This document shows positions 14,518 to 26,100 of a stretch of DNA of 64,000 nt, piece after piece (position 1 is the first letter of the stretch; each line of letters begins with the position of its first letter). Origin of the DNA: Lingula anatina (taxonomy: Eukaryota > Animalia > Brachiopoda); contig CM120648.1 in the NCBI GenBank assembly GCA_051362555.1, positions 8,242,587-8,306,586 of the forward strand. Reading direction: 5' to 3'. The notes under the pieces were generated by a model, which searched no databases, was not told where the DNA came from, and saw nothing but the letters and a program-made list of their open reading frames with translations. The translations under genes were made by a program, and so were the position numbers.

Positions 14518-15907
14518 GTGAAATATCTGTGATATACAGTGACTTTTGATATGATATTTTCTCCACAGATTTTGATATTTTGAAGCAAATTCTATGCTTA
14601 TAATATAGGTGCTCCAGATAATGTATGAATATATCTTTCACACAAACTTTGTTAGTTTTCAAGTTTAAGAGCAGTATTCTTATTTGAATTATAAGATCCA
14701 GGTTACTTGGATTCTTTTGAGTGACATCGATTTCTTTTTGTTGACGATCTCATGTGAAATTTTGTAAACAGTAATCTAGTCTTCATTATCAAATACTCAA
14801 TTAGTATATGCAACTTTAACTAAATGCTTAAGTTCTTCAGTTGGGATATAGAAAGTGAAAATTTTGTAATACCCCCCCCCCCCCCCCCTCCTTCTCGGAA
14901 TTCTTTCCCTGGTTACAAAAATTGACTTTGAGTTAAATTTTTCTGTGATTTGAAAAGAATGCCAGGGTACATACATCTTTTGGTATGTTTGAATGTATAA
15001 AGCATCTCTGAGGAAACAAGAGATCTTTCATTTCAGAAATATGGCAATAAACTGCTAAATTTTGTTAGCGTAGGTTCCCCTGTGATATGTGTAAAGACAC
15101 TATAGGTGGCGTCACCTCCTCCTTTCAGACACGTATTATAAGATTCATACTCACAATGTACATCCTCAGCATGCACCAAATTAGTTGTCTGTTATTTATT
15201 ATAACTATTTTATTATTATAATTATTTGATTTCGACATTATGATAAAATAATAATGATTTTTTAAAATTGTTGTTGTTATTTATTTGTACTTGTAATATT
15301 TTGTCAGATTTTTTATATTGAAAATTCACCCTTAAGTGCTTAAATAAGAACCAATAATTTCCAGACTTTTGGGGCTGTGGGTGGTATTTTCCCCCACCAA
15401 CACCAGATTCACATGATGGAGTGTAAATTTCTAAGAATTATTAACTTTCTGAAAGATAAAAATGTTCATTGACGTCATCTACTGTCGTTCAAAGTTGAAG
15501 GACCTTTAAAAAGCTTTCAGAGTTCTTTGTTGGCAAAGTAATGATCAGTTAAAAAATGAAATATCACTGTGCTTTTAGAATAAAAGGTAAATATTACAAC
15601 AGAGTAATTATCACCCTAATTGCATTGACGACATCTACTATGGTTCAACGATAAATATGGCTTTGAAACGCGCATCGTGACCTTTAAGCGTCACAATTAC
15701 TATGTCTAAATTCCCTGCATTTGCATGGAGTGTATGGGATTTATTAAGTCACATATGGCAAAATGTTTCATTCGTGGATATTTTACATTCCAGGGATACC
15801 TAACTACAACACGCGATTGTGTGCAATACCGCTGCGCACCCCCCCCCCCCCCCCCCCGGTCAATCCGTGTTGACCAGAACAAACTGATAAATGTCAAAAC
15901 ATTACCA

Positions 15908-15938
<31 letters not shown>

Positions 15939-17076
15939 TCCTTACATACAACTTCCCCACTTCGCTTGCGTTAAGTCGTTGTGTTATGGCTTTAAGAACC
16001 TCTGGCGATTTTCGCCAATGGATAGATGTAATTAAGCAATGTAAATAAGGTATGGTTGTCACTGCGGTTGAAATCGGTTTCAATTGAAATATGGAGTTCC
16101 CAACAACACCGCGACAAGCGACCCGAAGGGTGGTGCTATCTTGTGAAAAGTAGATTCAAGCTACTGAAAGAAAATTGACAACATTTCGCCAAAAATTGAT
16201 ATGAGGTAATGTGCCAAAGGGCGAATTTTTGACACTACGTTATATAATTATCATTTTGCAGAAACCATGGGTAAATATGCCGACACCCTCAATGTTTCAT
16301 CGCTGTACGCCAATTAAAATTTGCAACGCCATTTTATCTCAGTAAACAAATACACGGATGCAGAGAAAACGAAAAATAGAAATAATTTAATCAGCAATGT
16401 ATAATTCCTATTTATTATCATATTTCAACCATTCAAATTATATAAAAATATTGTAACAGATCGTATGTCCAAGAATCTTAAATAAAGATAGTTTTAGTAA
16501 TTTAACAGTCTTCAAGTACTTGCTATCCTCACCACAAGGATGAAAGTGCAAAAAGTACACAGTGCGCACGACCGACCTACCGATTTAATTACCTTGGATG
16601 TGGTAAACGTCTGGGGATCATAAGACAAAAGGAAAACCACACAACGGTTGCAAAACAGTTGCAAAGCAGTCGGAGACATGTTAGCAACCAGAAATTTATG
16701 CATTATTTGTTTTGATATGTATTTTTATGCTATAACATTATGTAATTTTAATTAATTTAACATTATTTAATGCTAACTAACACTATTCTTTACTAGAGGG
16801 ACCTTTTAATAAAGCGTCTGCTATCGGCCAATGTCGAACAGCATATTTTTGTTTGTCCATTATTACTTATCCTTTAGCCTGGGTTAATGAGGAGACATGA
16901 ACAGGTTTTTCGGTCGTCAGGAGGCTATCGGCGCTGCACCGAAAACCGGAGCGACCGGCGTTCTTTGGTAACCACATTGCAGGGTTTTGGACACTTGCAA
17001 GTTACAAATAGCTTTTTTTTTTTTTGTTCAGTGTGACCGTAAACGCAAAGGTCTTGAGACCTCGAAGAGATAAGTA

Positions 17077-17289
17077 GGGGAGACCGGGGCTAGTTGGACC
17101 CCGGGAAAAGTTGGCCCCCCATCAAGTCTCTTTAATAAAGTTACTTTAAGATACTAAATTATATCATTTGGACTCACTGCCGACGATTTCTTAGCACTAT
17201 TGGATACGGCCACTTTACAAAATGATGTGATCAATTCTTTAACCCTATTTGTCATAAATTGATGGGGTTCAACTAGCCCCGGGTTCCCC
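17077..17289. mobile_element. MITE with TIR GGGGAGACCGGGGCTAGTTG and TA target duplication (Tc1/mariner/pogo-type)
   Basis: Inverted termini with TA on both flanks; an inverted second copy lies at 56827-57046. Confidence 0.85.
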
Positions 17290-17585
17290 TATTCAAACAA
17301 GAAAATATTCAGGGGTATTATAATATTTATTCAAATATATGTTTTTTATCACACCACTGGTTTTATACTATTGTCAATATATCGCTATAGATATGTTTGT
17401 TTTAATTATTGTAGATTTGGCAAAGATGGTACTACATAACAAATCAACGTTATATATGATATTTATGTTGAAAATTCATATATGATGAAGACATATATGT
17501 CAGTAATCAAAACAGAATCTTACTTTTAATTTCAAAAGATAAGATCAGTTGAAGCTGCCATGGAACGGATCCAATCGTTGTATAG

Positions 17586-17988
17586 CAGCCCCGTAGCCCG
17601 GAAGGGGGGGGGGGGAGGGGGTACGAAAGAACCACCCTTTTTGTCAAGAAAAGGCCCATTCTGTGTAGTATTTGATCTAGGTACACAAAGGTTTCAATGA
17701 GACCATTCCCACAGATATTTAGATCGATCTATCCCCCTGGGGAGTCTCACTAGATTGCTGTCAGCTTAACCGGCTTAAATGTCTGTCCCCCTACTGAAAG
17801 CTGTAAGGGGGTAATTAACTTTTGTGCGCGCTCGGCCCCCGGAAGCTGACAGCAATTTAGCGTGAACCCCCAGGGAGTTAGGTCGATCCAGATGGATCGA
17901 TATTAATCTGTGGGAACCCAGTCAATATAAAAGGGTCCACTTTTTCGGAAAAAAGAACCCCCTTTCGAAATTGCTGGCTTCGGGCCTG
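17586..17988 (-). mobile_element. CAGGCCCGTAGCC-type MITE interrupted by a nested foldback element
   Basis: Reverse complement matches 33213-33386; near-TSD TATAG/TATAT. Confidence 0.75.
17706..17916. mobile_element. Foldback MITE (TTCCCACAGAT...ATCTGTGGGAA), nested insertion; related inverted copy 54572-54773
   Basis: Terminal and subterminal inverted repeats (attgctgtcagctt / aagctgacagcaat). Confidence 0.75.
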
Positions 17989-18670
17989 TATATTAATGTT
18001 TGAGATACACCTTCTGTTGTTTTTTCCCTTTCTAGACGCAGTGAACGAAGTTGACACATTTACCACATCCTTTAATGTTCTCATATCCTGCCAACTTCCA
18101 GGGATGAGTTCATAATGGTTTTTTGTTTCACTTTCTAATGCTCAGTTTTGAAGGCCATGGTATCGATTAGAATATGCAAACAAACAGCCCTCAAAATGAT
18201 AAATTAGCGGTATATGAGTGCGGCAAAAGCCTTGTTAGGAGGCTACTGAATCTGTAAGCAAAAAACCAAAGCCATTTTAAAGAACTAGCTTTCAGTGACA
18301 AAACCTACAGTGGAAAAACCTCTCTCTTCTTCGGATAGATTGCGACGTTTGAAAGGATTCATTATCCATGCAGGTAGGGAGGAGAAATGCATCGTCGCCA
18401 ATAATTATAAGGAAAAAAGTGGCATCAGCTTGTCATCTCCTGATAGAGGTTGAGGAGCTGGTATACCAACAGTGCCATCCTCTATTATCCTAAAGCCTAG
18501 ATTACATTTACACGGGCGCCGTGCGATGAAATTGTCCGTACGATTTTTTTTATATCATAAGGAACTACGGGCTACGCCTAGTATGTCTACATTACATGGC
18601 CTTAAATTCGTACGATTTAACACATGGCGGAGATGGTGGCAAAATGGAAGAAGAAAAGAATTAGACATAT

Positions 18671-19564
18671 GTGTGCTATCTTCGTCCAGAGCCAGAAAAT
18701 CGCCAAAAGTCGTCTAGCATAAACTATCTTCTTCAGAGCTTTTCCATAGTCTGGAAAGAAATGGAGAATCTTCAACTACTAGCCAGAACTGTCCGACTCC
18801 ATAGTGAAATCGAGAAATCTGCGGTGTGCTCAGGCCAAAAGGAAACTGGCCCTTTGCTTCTGAACGGTAATATATTTATAAATAGGGCCAAAGACGTACT
18901 GGCGACTCTGGCTGAACTGGAATCTTGCGAGAAAGATGCTGGGCCCTTGCACCTTCACGCCGAGGAACACATCCGCCGAGCCCAACTGCGAGCTCTCTAC
19001 CAACGCATTCATCAAGTTTTTGTCAATTTGTGCCTTTCGCTGGATATTGACGAAAATACCTTCGAGGAGAACGCCCTTGGCAACACACAGGGGTTAACTC
19101 TGTCAAATGAAGAGATACACAAGATCATGACCACTCCGGCACAAATACTGTTTTCCCTCAATCGGGACGCACTTCACGGCGACCTTCCCGCAACTACCCC
19201 ACAAAATGAGCTTCCCATATGCTCGTCCATTTTGTTTGGCAACCGACCGCGGAGAGCGGCCCCCGTAGCCTCCTGCACCAGCGGGACTGAGCAAAGAACG
19301 GCTCCCCTCGCAAACGGTCCTGGCCCTGTTATACTGCAGCCTTCGGTCTCAGCGCGCCCTTTTAAAGATACAGAGGGCATTACACACGTGGAAGATCAAA
19401 TTTCTGCTCTGCGTCAACTTTACATCGAGGTGGCAAGGTGCACAGAAGAGAAGAGTCCAGTGTTGGACAAGGTTGAGAACAACGTGCCCGAGAGCGCGCC
19501 GTTTAAAAAAGCCAAACCGTACACGCGCAAGATAGCAAAGATATGGGCCAATATTTGCCGTTAG
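18671..19564 (+). CDS. Unassigned ORF (297 codons; first ATG at 18761), possibly the terminal exon of an unrecognised gene
   Basis: Long, higher-GC, non-repetitive ORF in AT-rich background; candidate acceptor ttttccatag at ~18749; no family recognised. Confidence 0.45.
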   Translation: MCYLRPEPENRQKSSSINYLLQSFSIVWKEMENLQLLARTVRLHSEIEKSAVCSGQKETGPLLLNGNIFINRAKDVLATLAELESCEKDAGPLHLHAEEHIRRAQLRALYQRIHQVFVNLCLSLDIDENTFEENALGNTQGLTLSNEEIHKIMTTPAQILFSLNRDALHGDLPATTPQNELPICSSILFGNRPRRAAPVASCTSGTEQRTAPLANGPGPVILQPSVSARPFKDTEGITHVEDQISALRQLYIEVARCTEEKSPVLDKVENNVPESAPFKKAKPYTRKIAKIWANICR

Positions 19565-19869
19565 AAGAGCGTTTTGCACAGCTAAGTAATTCGCGTGGCA
19601 CGTTTACATTCGCACTGACTATATTAGAACTGGAAACTATGAAAATGCATGTATAAATGTAGCAATAGATACTTATGAAGTGCCAGCATCTGATGCGATT
19701 CCGTTCCAAACATCTGGTGGCAGATTATTCACGAAGTTAAAGCGATGCGTCGCCAGCTAGCTAACGCAGGACCAATTATGGAGTCGCCAAGGGATTGAAA
19801 TGCCAGTCTAAGAATATGTTGATTACGTAGGCTATCCTAATATTTGGTCTATTTTACACACAGTATACT

Positions 19870-21680
19870 CAAAAATGTATGACGTTTGAAGAACATGTAG
19901 AGAGATTAGACGAGGTTTTTACCCGCCTGAGTGCAGCAGGCATGAAACTTAAACCACAGAAATGCAAATTATTTCAGTTTAAAGTGGAATTCTTGGGACA
20001 TGTGGTGACGAGTGATGGTGTGCGACCCGATCCAAAAAAAGTGCGAGGTTGTAAAAGACTGGCCGACACCTATGAATGTTACTGATGTCAGGAGATTTCT
20101 AGGACTGTGTTCCTATTACCGCCGTTTTATTCCACGATTTTCGATGAGAGCGGGGCCAATGAATCGACTGTTGGAGGCCGGACAGGCGTTTCAGTGGACC
20201 GATGAATGTCAGAAATCGTTTGACGACATGAAATCTGCTCTTACAGGTGAAGAAATAATGGCATTTCCAAGTGATGACGGACTTTTTATTTTAGGCACCG
20301 ACGCTTCGCATGTTTCTATCAGAGCTGCACTTTCGCAAATTCAGTGGTGCGAAAAAGCGCAGAAAGAAGTGGAGAGGCCTGTTGCTTTTGCGAGCAAGTC
20401 GTTGACAAGAGGACACCGTCGCTATTGTGTCACGAGAAGAGAACTTTTAGCGATTGTAACGTTTGTTCAGCATTTTAAGCATTATCTCTTCGGAAGAAAA
20501 TTCTTGATTCGGACTGACCACAGTGCATTGTATTGGCTTATGTCATTTGAGGAGCCTAACGATCAAATTGCCAGATGGCTAGAATTATTGGCCCACTTTG
20601 ATTTTGTAATCCAACACAGGAAAGGTAAAAGTCACAGTAACTGCGACACGTTGTCGAGAATACCGTGTGAGCCGAACGAATGCACCTGTTATGACGGATA
20701 GACAGTTTTAAGTGAACTGCCGTGTAAAGTGGTCCGAGTTTTTCCAGGTGGATGACGTGGTGCCTATGACTGCAAAAGCCGTCGCAAGAGTTAGAGAAAA
20801 CGTACCATCAGAGAGGGAAATTATTCACATCAAAGACAGACTTAGCGACACAGTTGCTCACTTAACGGCAAAGTTAATGAGCCCGTTTCTAGGATTTCTG
20901 TTTGTGCTGTTGACTATTTCTCAACTGTTAAGTGCATGTTTATTGAAAGTAGATGTTGCCGTGAGATCGTGCCGAGACTGTCTTGTGAGATTCAAGTCAG
21001 TGGGAGCGCGGGAAAAGCTAAAGCGTCTCAGGATCAGTGACAGTAAACGTCAACGTGAATTGCTGGGCGCGACAACGGAGCGTATGCACGTGGGTGATCT
21101 CGCAACGAATTCTGAAGACCAGAAAACTGCAGACGAGGGCGGATCCCAAGAAGGTGAGGCAACCACCGACTGTGAGCCTAATGTAGAATGGGTGGGAGGT
21201 TATAGCGCAGCAGAGATTGCAAAGTTACAGCAGGAAGATCCTGATCTCGAGACTGTAATAACTTGGATGAAAAGCTCCAACGTTAGACCCCCCCAGGGAC
21301 CAGGTGGCTGCCGAGAGCCTTGCTGTGAGAAGAATGTGGTTGCTATGGGACTAGTTGTTGCTTACGCACGGTGTGTTGGTTAAGAGATGGGAGTTTGCAG
21401 ATAGAACTGGGTTTAATTTCCAGCTTCTTGTGCCAAAAAGTTTCCAGTCCTTAGTCCTAGAAGCTACACATAATTCTGTAATGTCAGCGCACCTCGGCGT
21501 AAACAAGACAACCTGCAAAATAAAACAGAAATTTTACTGGTACAAATTGAAAGAAACTGTGAGAGAATGGAGAGGAAGTGTTCGGTGTGCGCTGCACGAA
21601 AACGACCACTTAGGACTCCAAGAGCACACCTAGGGCGTTATATCGTGGGCGGCCCAGGTGAGAGGGTTTCCACGCTGGAT
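19870..21680 (+). mobile_element. Decayed Ty3/Gypsy pol fragment: C-terminal RT, RNase H, spacer, integrase zinc finger
   Basis: Motifs EEHVERLDEVFTRL..GMKLKPQKC..VEFLGHVV, VRRFLGLCSYYRRFI, TDAS, RRYCVTRRELLAIV, RTDHSAL, HNSVMSAHLG..CSVC. Frameshifts near 20040, 21290 and 21570; stop at 20699. Confidence 0.93.
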
Positions 21681-21820
21681 GTGGCTGGAAATGTACACTC
21701 TCAGTCACATAGTACAAGGCTAGAAATGGCCAGCTACAGGTGGCTGGAAATGGCCAGCTACAGGTGGCTGGAAATGACCAGTTACAGGGGGCTGGAAATG
21801 ACCGCCCGGGGGGGGGGGGG

Positions 21821-22108
21821 TGTCAAATAGTGCATGGCTGAAAATAGCCAACTGAAGACGGACAGAGAGTGACCGTAGAGGTGTATAAATACCGGTAGGG
21901 GCGCACTCTCAGACTATGGAGAGAGTAGCAGTATTAGTATAAAAGCAGCGTTAGATCACTATTAGCAGAGCACTGACGTTTTCAGACTTAGATTTAGAGC
22001 ACCTACTTACTAGTCATTGACTGTTACTTAGTTTCAATAAACAGAAAGTGAATTTGCAAGAAAAAGCAACGTCGTCTGCCTTGGTTTCTTCGGGTGAAAA
22101 ACGTAACA
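21821..22108 (+). mobile_element. 3' LTR of the Gypsy element, preceded by a G-run polypurine tract
   Basis: G13 run at 21808-21820, then TGTCA...TAACA termini, TATAAATA at ~21884, AATAAA at ~22037. Confidence 0.75.
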
Positions 22109-22849
22109 ATAATACTTAGTGACCTTCAATAGTAGTTCAAGGTTGCCTACATATATACAGCAGATTTAACTTTGCAAGGTTACAATGACTGTGAACTTGT
22201 ATCAATAAAAGTCATTAAACGTGTGACTTTTCCATCTGTTGATGACATTGAGAGGGTTCATGGTAGTCTACAGAATTAAAACCGTTGGCTGAGCTACATC
22301 ACTGTTGGTCCAACTTAAAATAACAATAATCATTACCAGAGTACCGCCTTTAGTGATGGTCAACAGATGTCTAGCCATTGACCCACTAGTGATGTGTTAT
22401 GGGGGGGGGGGGGGGGGGGGGTAACGTGAATATCAAGATTCCCTCTTGGACAGCAGGATTGGAACATTTTGTGATGCAAGCAGAAAATGTGTCTGTTGCA
22501 ATCAACTACTTATGAATTCAAAATGTCAAGTCAAGCTGACACCAAAGAGAACATTTATAATTTTTTTGTGATAGCTTCCAAATCTATAGTACTGTTTCTT
22601 ATAATGAAATGTTTTGGAATATTCCCATGCCAACTGAAATATTTCCGAGGAGTAAATTAATTGATTACATATGACAAAAGTTCAACAAAACAGATTTAGA
22701 CACAACTTGTTCCATTGCCAGAAGTTTTCTAGGTGTCAGTTGGCTGAGCAAATGCAAGCACACTGGTTGACAATGAAAGGAGTGACTGGACACAATTGTT
22801 TATTTGCTGACCAGTCCAGAGATCAGTGTCAAAGATATGTCCTTTGTAC

Positions 22850-23166
22850 AACCAACGTGAGCGGTTAACCTTGTCAGAACTTCCTCTGAGATTGCTCTTG
22901 TACAAAGAGGTCAACAATCAAGTTTCTCAGACCAATTTTGGTCATTCCCCTGTTAACTCTGCCAGAGCTTCCCCTGAGATTGCTCAAACTTATACAAAAA
23001 AAGAGGTCAACAATCAAGTGTCTCAGACCAATTTTGGTCAGTTCTCTGTTAACCCTGCCAAAACTGCCTGCAGGATTGCTCTTATACAAAAAGGTCTAAC
23101 AATCAAGTGTCGAAGACCAATTTTGGTCATTTCCCTGTTAACCCGGCCAGAAGTGTCCCTGAGATT
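22850..23166. repeat. ~90 bp tandem repeat (about 3.5 units) overlapping the GTF2H2 stop codon and 3' UTR
   Basis: Unit 'accaattttggtca..ctgttaac..gccag..gattgctc..tatacaaaa..ggtc.aacaatcaagt' starts at ~22851, 22931, 23027 and 23116. Confidence 0.9.
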
Positions 23167-26100
23167 TGGCGTTCCTGTGTGTGACGGGACCCAGAGCAGC
23201 CTGGGCAAGAATGGAGAGCTTCATGGATAAAGACATCACAATCAATGCAGAACCCTTTCTGGCACCGTCCACAGACATACACCTGCAAATACAAGATGAA
23301 TTAATTTATCATAAGAATTTTTTTAATATTTTATTTTTCATATTAAACAATTCCAACACCTAATAAACAAACATGCATGAATGCATTGCTGAACAAAGCA
23401 CCCAAAGCACTCAAATTTATCCCTGCACCTTGTTTAATATATGGATATTTTACAAGCAGTTTTTTTTCTCTTTTAAATAAATTTGCTACTATTAGACAAA
23501 ACACTTACATTTTGCATAATATTTATACGTCTATCTAATATCATTTTTTAATTGTTGCATGTGGAATTTTTATATACTGGAGGGTATGTGGTATAACAAT
23601 TACCACAAAAATTTTAGGTGGGGGGGGGGGGGAGGGGGGTGGTGGTGGTGTAGGGAGTCAAAAATATAATAAGCAATTATTACACAAAATGTATACATCA
23701 CATCTTGACCTGATTCAAATGACTCATGAATGCAGCTTTTTATTATTATTCGTTTTTCATGAAACAAAGTTATTACAGTTTTTGCTTCATGATATTTTCT
23801 GTGATTTGTGAATTGAGGATTTTATTTCCCATGAACTGTGAACATTACCCCCTCCCAATAAGACCCTCTTAAAACTTAACTGAACCATTTGGGCTGGGAA
23901 TTGCCTTCAAGGTGTAGGGGATACGTGTTTTTTCTTCTATAACACTTGTTGAAAGGTTAACAGATGTAAATATACAGCTATTGGCAGACAAACTGAGAGC
24001 ATCTAAATGATTACAAAATACATGTATACAGTATTAGAATCAAATTTTGGATGAGAAGTATTTGTAGGAAATGTAGAATCAGATGTAACTCTTCACAGTC
24101 TCTGCAATTGCCTTTTTTACAGCAGGTCTATGCTCTTCAGGTGTTCTTTGTTTCTTTTTTTTAAAAACAATTTTCACCTACAAATATAATTAACCTTCAA
24201 CAAATCTCTACTTACGGGATGTTCTGTGAATTCTGCCTGGCAGGAAAAACAGTGACTGAAAACCAGAACAAAATCTTCAATTAGTTACAGTTTGATTTAA
24301 AAATACAAAATGTTGTTTATATAAAAAGGCCAACAGGCTGTATTTGTACTAATTCTTGTAATTTCAAGAAAATCATGACATTCAATTCATATTATTAAGA
24401 CTGACAACCATATGGCAAACTACAATAAATAAACCCATCAGTTTATTTAGAAATCTGTCTCACACTAAGCCCTAAGTTTCTGGGCTTACCTTTGACTGAG
24501 GAAGGTTGGCTTATTTAATACATACTCATAACTGATCATTTTTTTGTAAAAATATTGTCCAAGTTAACAATGCAATAACTACTGATCCTGGCTTACAGTT
24601 CCATAATTCTGAAATGGCCTAATTACAGATGTTCAATAAAGTTGAGTCAACCAATTCAACACTTCATTTTCTTAAAAAAAAAAAAAAAAAAAAGTTACGC
24701 CACTCCACATCTGATACACTTAAGATATATGTAGATTTTTTTACATACAAAAATAGAGTAAAAATGGCAATATAGTGACTTAAATTGATTGTTTAATTTA
24801 ACAAAATGGTTCACATGAAGGCATCTCACCTCTGCAAAACTGAAGATTTATCCTGCACCTCCTTGTACGATTCTAGTGGAAACAAATGGTGGTATGACCT
24901 GGCCAGATGTGGAGCCGAAACTAGTGTTAACCCTAGAAAATATATAAAGAAATGATGCTTCATGAATAGCCATTAAAATAGAGCCAGAGCCCTCTCACCT
25001 CACGACTACTTTTAATTTTTCACACAGATTACATAACCTTCTATTGAAGCATGAATGCATTCATATCAAATATCTTCAATAAAAGTAAAAAAACTATCAA
25101 CTTCTGTGTCTGTGTACAAAGTAAAACAAATTTCTAAAAATATGTTTAGTTCCTTTTATTTGGTACCTCCCTTGCCATTGTTACAGCAGGCAGATTGAGC
25201 TGTTCATCTCACTGAGTCATTTTCCCACGTGATTGAATTATGCCAGATGGGAGAAGGGATCTGCACTGTGAGAACAGCTTTCCAGCTGGGAGAATGGAAA
25301 CCAGCTGGGGAAGATGAACAGATCGACCACTCCCAGGCAGACAGGTAAATAACAATCAGATATATGTCAGTCAGACAGGTGGACAACAGACGGATAGATA
25401 TGAGACCGACAAGAGGAAAACAAACTGATGAATAACAGACAGAGAGGTGCAAAACAAACTGATGGATATGAAGAAGAAGGTGGATGGATAACAAACAGAT
25501 GGATATTAGGCAGACTGAGATGGATAACTAAAAAATGGACTCACCACAGGCTTTACATTCTACTGGCAGCTCACAGTATTTACTCTTGCACTGTGGACAG
25601 AAATATCCTCCACTGCGAAACCCTTGGAATGTCTGGCTGTCCAGGTGACTGAAATGAAAAATAAAATAAAATAATATAAAATAAAATAAAATAAAATAAT
25701 ATAGGCAGTTTTTCAAGATATATTTTGAAAAAATATCCCTTTGTATTTTTTAAAGTCTTGATTTGACATGACTTCTTATTCAAGTTCAATTATAAATAAC
25801 TATATGTGAATTTCCTCTTGGTTTGGAGACACAAGGGCCAGAATATTTGCAAAAGTGTATTTCAAGTTGGGCAGTAGGTCAAAGGTCAGAAGCTGAAAGA
25901 AAATAAATAAAAAAAAACAAGAAAATGTTTCAATACCATAAACTAGAGAAAATTGGAGTTTGTTTTTTAATAAAATAAGAAAAATAGAAATATCTCAGAA
26001 AATAGGAAAAAATAGAAACCCCTAGCTCTTCATTAACAGTATGAAAACTGAGATTTAGCCTGTGAATAAATGAATGACTGCTAATTATTACAGAGAGAAT

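Noticed and set aside
14208-14662. - strand ORFs of 126 and 86 aa
   Set aside because: Antisense shadows of the RNF207 terminal exon.
23050-23135. Possible SECIS or selenocysteine recoding at the GTF2H2 UGA
   Set aside because: The hairpin lacks canonical SECIS geometry, the UGA lies after the conserved domain, and another in-frame stop follows 8 codons later.
22826-23230. 134-aa + strand ORF
   Set aside because: Arises from the tandem repeat and the antisense of the last GTF2H2 exon.
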